Source of the DNA: Eledone cirrhosa
Lineage: Eukaryota
Assembly: GCA_964016885.1 (NCBI GenBank)
Contig: OZ024743.1
Location: 126,790,001-126,854,000 of the forward strand
DNA length: 64,000 nucleotides
Reading direction: 5' to 3'
This document shows, one piece after another, positions 57,350-64,000 of the stretch. Each line of letters begins with the position of its first letter. Positions within the stretch are counted from its first letter, which is position 1. The notes beneath the pieces are model-generated. The model did not search any database and was not told the DNA's origin. It saw only the letters and a program-made list of their open reading frames with translations. A program made the position numbers and the translations under genes.

Positions 57350-60300
57350 CAACTACAACAACGATCATCTATATTACAACAACAAAAACAACAACTGACA
57401 TCACATCCAATACATCAACCACCAGCACAACAACAACAACAACAACAACAACAACGCAACAACAACAACCCCTACACCACCACTACCACCATCACCACCA
57501 CCATAACAACAACAACCACTACCACCAACACCACCACTACCACCACCACCATAACAACAACTACCATCACACAAACAACAACCACCACCGCTAACACTAC
57601 CACTACCACCATCACCACCACCATAACCACAACAACAACCACCACCGCTAACACTACCACTATCACCATCACCACCACCATAACAGCAACAACAACCACT
57701 ACCACCAACACCACCACTACCACTACCACCATAACAACAACTACCACTACCACCAACACCACCACTACCACTACCACCATCACCACCACCATAACCACAA
57801 CAACAACCACCACCGCTAACACTACCACTATCACCATCACCACCACCATAACAGCAACAACAACCACTACCACCAACACCACCACTACCACTACCACCAT
57901 AACAACAACTACCACTACCACCAACACCACCACTACCACTACCACCATAACAACAACTACCATCACACAAACAACAACCACCACCGCCAACAACACCAAC
58001 CACTACCACCATCACCACCACCATAACCACAACAACAACCACCACCGCTAACACTACCACTACCACCATCACCATCACCACCACCATAACCACAACAACA
58101 ACCACTACCACCAACACCACCACTACCACCACCACCACCATAACAACAACTACCATCACACAAACAACAACCGCAACCGCCAACAACACCACTACCACCT
58201 TCACCACCACCATAACCACAACAACAACCACCACCGCTAACACCACCACTACCACCATCACCACCACCATAACCACAACAACAACAACCACAAACAACAA
58301 CCACCACTACCACCAACACCACCACTACCACCATCACCACCACCATAACCACAACAACAACAACCACCGCCAACAACACCACTACCACCAACACCACCAC
58401 TACCACCATCACCACCACTATAACAACAACAACAACCACCACCAACAACACCACCACTACCACCAACACCACCACTACCACCATCACCACCACCACCATA
58501 ACAACAACTACCATCACACAAACAACAATCGCCACCGCCAACAACACCACTACCACCATCACCACCACCATAACCACAACAACAACAACCACCAACAACA
58601 ACACCACTACCACCAACACCACCACTACCACCATCACCACCACTATAACAACAACAACAACCACCACCAACAACACCACCACTACCACCAACACCACCTC
58701 TACCACCATCACCACCACCATAACAACAATTACCATCGCAAAAACAACCGCCACCGCCAACAAACCACTACCACAATCACCACCACCATAACCACAACAA
58801 CAACCACCACCGTCAACAACACCACTACCACCATCACCACCACCATAACCACAACAACAACCACCACCGTCAACAACACCACTACCACCATCACCACCAC
58901 CATAACCACAAAAACAACCGCCACCGCCAACAACACCACTACCACCATCACCACCACCATAACCACAACAACAACCACCACCGCCAACAACACCACTACC
59001 ACCATCACCACCACCATAACCACAACAACAACCACCACCGTCAACAACACCACTACCACCATCACCACCACCATAACCACAAAAACAACCGCCACCGCCA
59101 ACAACACCACTACCACCATCACCACCACCATAACCACAACAACAACCACCACCGCCAACAACACCACTACCACCATCACCACCACCATAACCACAACAAC
59201 AACCACCACCGTCAACAACACCACTACCACCATCACCACCACCATAACCACAAAAACAACCGCCACCGCCAACAACACCACTACCACCATCACCACCACC
59301 ATAACCACAACAACAACCACCGTCAACAACACCACTACCACCATCACCACCACCATAACCACAACAACAACCACCACCGTCAACAACACCACTACCACCA
59401 TCACCACCACCATAACCACAACAACAACCACCACCGTCAACAACACCACTACCACCATCACCACCACCATAACCACAACAACAACCACCGTCAACAACAC
59501 CACTACCACCATCACCACCACCATAACCACAACAACAACCACCGCCAACAACACCACTACCACCATCACCACCACCATAACCACAACAACAACCACCACC
59601 GTCAACAACACCACTACCACCATCACCACCACCATAACCACAACAACAACCACCACCGTCAACAACACCACTACCACCATCACCACCACCATAACCACAA
59701 AAACAACCGCCACCGCCAACAACACCACTACCACCATCACCACCACCATAACCACAACAACAACCACCACCGTCAACAACACCACTACCACCATCACCAC
59801 CACCATAACCACAACAACCGCCACCGTCAACAACACCACTACCACCATCACCACCACCATAACCACAACAACCACCACCGACAACAACACCACTACCACC
59901 ATCACCACCACCATAACCACAACAACAACCACCACCGCCAACAACACCACTACCACCATCACCACCACCATAACAACAACAACAACCACCACCGCCAACA
60001 ACACCACTACCACCATCACCACCACCATAACCACAACAACAACCACCACCGCCAACAACACCACTACCACCATCACCACCACCATAACCACAACAACAAC
60101 CACCACCGCCAACAACACCACTACCACCATCACCACCACCATAACAACAACAACAACCACCACCGCCAACAACACCACTACCACCATCACCACCACCATA
60201 ACCACAACAACAACCACCACCGTCAACAACACCACTACCACCATCACCACCACCATAACCACAACAACAACCACCACCGTCAACAACACCACTACCACCA

Positions 60301-61040
60301 TCACCACCACCATAACCACAACAACAACCACCACCGCCAACTACACCACTACCACCATCACCACCACCATAACCACAACAACAACCACCACCGCCAACAA
60401 CACCACTACCACCATCACCACCACCATAACAACAACAACAACCGCCACCGTCAACAACACCACTACCACCATCACCACCACCATAACCACAACAACAACC
60501 ACCACCGCCAACAACACCACTACCACCATCACCATCACCACCACCATAACCACAACAACAACCACCACCGCCAACAACACCACTACCACCATCACCACCA
60601 CCATAACCACAAAAACAACCGCCACCGCCAACAACACCACTACCACCATCACCACCACCATAACCACAACAACAACCACCACCGCCAACAACACCACTAC
60701 CACCATCACCACCACCATAACAACAACAACAACCGCCATCGTCAACAACACCACTACCACCATCACCACCACCATAACCACAACAACAACCACCACCGCC
60801 AACAACACCACTACCACCATCACCACCACCATAACAACAACAACAACCGCCACCGTCAACAACACCACTACCACCATCACCACCACCATAACCACAACAA
60901 CAACCACCACCGCCAACAACACCACTACCACCATCACCACCACCATCACCACCACCATAACCACAACAACAACCACCACCGCCAACAACACCACTACCAC
61001 CATCACCACCACCACCACCATAACAACAACAACAAGACAA
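57350..61040. repeat. (ACC/AAC)n array organised as a 57 bp minisatellite from ~58750
   Basis: Unit caccactaccaccatcaccaccaccataaccacaacaacaaccaccaccgYcaacaa, about 40 copies, with 54 and 63 bp variants. Confidence 0.95.
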
Positions 61041-61235
61041 GAGAGGAAAAGTTCTTCAATATTTCTAAACAGTTGTTTATAGCATTTGTGTATGTGAATC
61101 AGGGGCGAAGGGTAACCTGGAAAGCAGGGCATGTAGTCCAATCGCCATGGCGGAAAGTGGGACTGTGCAGCCTCCTCCACCCTCTCATTCCATCTAAATT
61201 ACCCTTCCGGTTTAAGCCGCATGTTGTGTTATCTA

Positions 61236-61540
61236 GTGTGTGTGTGTGTGCGTGTGTGTGTGTGTGTGTGTGCGTGTGTTATCTTTTTGTGTCTACGATT
61301 TAGTAAGCAGCCAAAATTCTGCTTGCTTCAACCGACGCTGTCGTGTGTTTCTCTGTGTGTGTGTGTGTGTGTGTGTGTGTTATCTTTTTGTGTCTACGAT
61401 TTAGTAAGCAGCCAAAATTCTGCTTGCTTCAACCGACGCTGTCGTGTGTTTCTCTGTGTGTGTGTGTGTGTGTGTGTGTGTTATCTTTTTGTGTCTACGA
61501 TTTAGTAAGCAGCCAAAATTCTGCTTGCTTCAACCGACGC
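61236..61540. repeat. Three tandem ~100 bp units, each containing a (TG)n block
   Basis: Identical ttatctttttgtgtctacgatttagtaagcagccaaaattctgcttgcttcaaccgacgc at 61279, 61380 and 61481. Confidence 0.95.
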
Positions 61541-61669
61541 AATTGATCAACTCAAGATTCTATAACGCATGCACTGCATGCGTTGCATGCACGCACCCTT
61601 CGCCCCTGATGTGAATATGTAGATAAGTGTATGTGAGTGTATGTATGTATGTATGTATGTATGTATGTA

Positions 61670-62250
61670 TGTCTCATGGTCGGGTCGTTGGCGACTAAAC
61701 TGGCAACCCCATCAAGGTTTCTTGGTGAGGAGGGTGACTTTGGACATCCTGCAGGACTAAAAACAAAACCTGTCAAAGGGCAAAGCAGCTCTTAAGAGTC
61801 AATGGCCATCCAAAATGACCGGGAGAGATGACCCCTTAGCCTTTGTCAAGGCAGAATTCTAGGAGAAGGAAAACTCTGATATAACACCTGCAACCCTGAT
61901 GGTATCCAATGATGTTGACTTGTTCTTCTTTTTGGTATATATCATCTTGTTTAAGAGAGTGGGACTGGCTTTGTGCAGTGCCTTTGCTCACTATAAAAGC
62001 TTCACAGCACAGGCATTGCTTTATATCAGGAGATCTCTCTGCACTTGTCATCACATGGTATCATGGGCCCAGCACTATGTGTCAATATTTGTCACAAGTG
62101 TAGCGTTTGTACCAGAGTTTAAGTCGCTGGCTGGACTAAAAAGTCACACTCGTTCAGCACATCGGTAGGGGTTCTCCTACATGGATATAAAGTAGTGGCC
62201 GTACTCGAAAACGAGTTGGCAGCCACCATGTATGTATGTATGTATGTATC
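61670..62250 (+). mobile_element. Copy of the ~610 bp RTE-type element within (ATGT)n
   Basis: Matches 48621-49180. Confidence 0.85.
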
Positions 62251-62482
62251 TGTGTATATGTATATGTGCGTGTAGATGTATGCCAATATATGTGTTTGTG
62301 TGTCTATGTATGTATCTCTGTATGTGTGTATGCACAAACATGTGGGTGCCTATCTATGCATACGTACGTCTGCAACTGAATCTGTGTCAACCTCTTATAC
62401 ATGTGTGTCAGAGTGTGTAATATTATACAAGCGTGTGCACAGTGGTTGATTTGGCTATCTTATTGTATAGATATGTATATAC

Positions 62483-62521
<39 letters not shown>

Positions 62522-62607
62522 GCGTGTGTCTGTGCAAATGAAATGCGCAGATGTATGCCATGTGTGTGTTCGTGTAAATGTGTATGTATATGTATGTGTA
62601 TTTACCA

Positions 62608-62707
<100 letters not shown>

Positions 62708-62708
62708 A

Positions 62709-62784
62709 CAGGGTGTCCCAAAAGTGTATACACACTTCAACAGCAAGGTAATAAAAGTGTGTATATATTTTTTGTGACACCCTA
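62709..62784. mobile_element. ~76 bp Tc1/mariner-type mini-MITE
   Basis: cagggtgtcccaaaa / tttgtgacacccta TIRs. Confidence 0.65.
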
Positions 62785-62888
62785 TATATGAAGAATTAGA
62801 AATAGAAGCCAAGACTATCTATCATCAGTGGTCTACTAGCCATAATAGGTATTTCATATTTGCAACAATACAGCTCGCCATTTTTCAT

Positions 62889-62926
<38 letters not shown>

Positions 62927-62934
62927 AGAAGTTC

Positions 62935-63495
<561 letters not shown>

Positions 63496-63595
63496 TATTA
63501 AGTTGTTAAACAATATTCGATGATTATGTCAAAGAATGAGTTTTACAGTAGATTGGAAGCACTCAACGGCAAATAATTTTCAGGAGTTATTAATA

Positions 63596-63846
63596 TATAA
63601 GTATTAATAAAATAGATGTTCTTTTGATCAATTACATTTTATTATACATATTTCGGATGTACAACAGTACGTCCTCATACTGTTGTACATCCGAAATATG
63701 TATAATTGTTTCTAATTTAGGCACAAGGCCAGCAATTACCCAGTGCATTACTGGTACTTTATTTTATCGACCCCGTAAGGATAAAAGGCAAAGTGAACCT
63801 CGATAATAAAATGTAATTGATCAAAAGAACATCTATCTTATTAATA

Positions 63847-63852
<6 letters not shown>
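63596..63852. mobile_element. Palindromic hammerhead-fragment insertion in (TA)n, interrupted by a family 1 SINE fragment (63705-63802, minus)
   Basis: Outer arms 63596-63643 and 63805-63852; inner hairpin 63642-63705. Minus strand reads TGA-ggacgtac-tgtt-gtacatcc-GAAA-tatgta-TA. Confidence 0.75.
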
Positions 63853-63896
<44 letters not shown>

Positions 63897-64000
63897 GTGT
63901 GTGTAAATGTGTATGTGTATAAGTATGAGTAAATATATATCTATTGTATATACGTATGTGTGTTTTGGTAAAATTTAAGTTATCCAGCAGTGAGTGATTC

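Noticed and set aside
57963-61040. 1025 aa Gly/Cys-rich ORF resembling keratin-associated or cuticle proteins
   Set aside because: Antisense translation of a 57 bp triplet-based minisatellite; several frames are open by composition, with no unique domain.
61279-61540. CRISPR-like regularly spaced direct repeats
   Set aside because: Spacers are the same (TG)n sequence, there are no cas genes, and the context is eukaryotic.

Overview
This is repeat-saturated eukaryotic (animal) DNA. The SINE types and extreme microsatellite density suggest an octopus/cephalopod genome (inference). No host protein-coding gene is recognisable, and most ORFs in the track are translations of simple repeats. Real coding remnants are all from retroelements: two head-to-tail Tx1/L1-type LINEs at (ATT)n tracts (13.5-23.8 kb), two Penelope-like elements with RT plus GIY-YIG (44.6-48.0 kb +, 51.3-54.9 kb -), and RTE-clade fragments. 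Also present are tRNA-derived SINEs, a ~610 bp RTE-type non-autonomous element, hAT and Tc1/mariner MITEs, and two non-autonomous Helitrons. The most striking pattern is that at least a dozen non-coding elements from several unrelated families sit inside (TA)n tracts as 5'-to-5' joined inverted dimers or terminally redundant units. Most carry a type I hammerhead ribozyme or part of one. Some of these are intact, and two families have a U3-A8 compensatory core. This looks like a (TA)n-targeted Penelope/retrozyme system that builds palindromes by priming from both ends of the target break. All structures were read by eye; no alignment, folding or database search was run, and coordinates may be off by a few nt.
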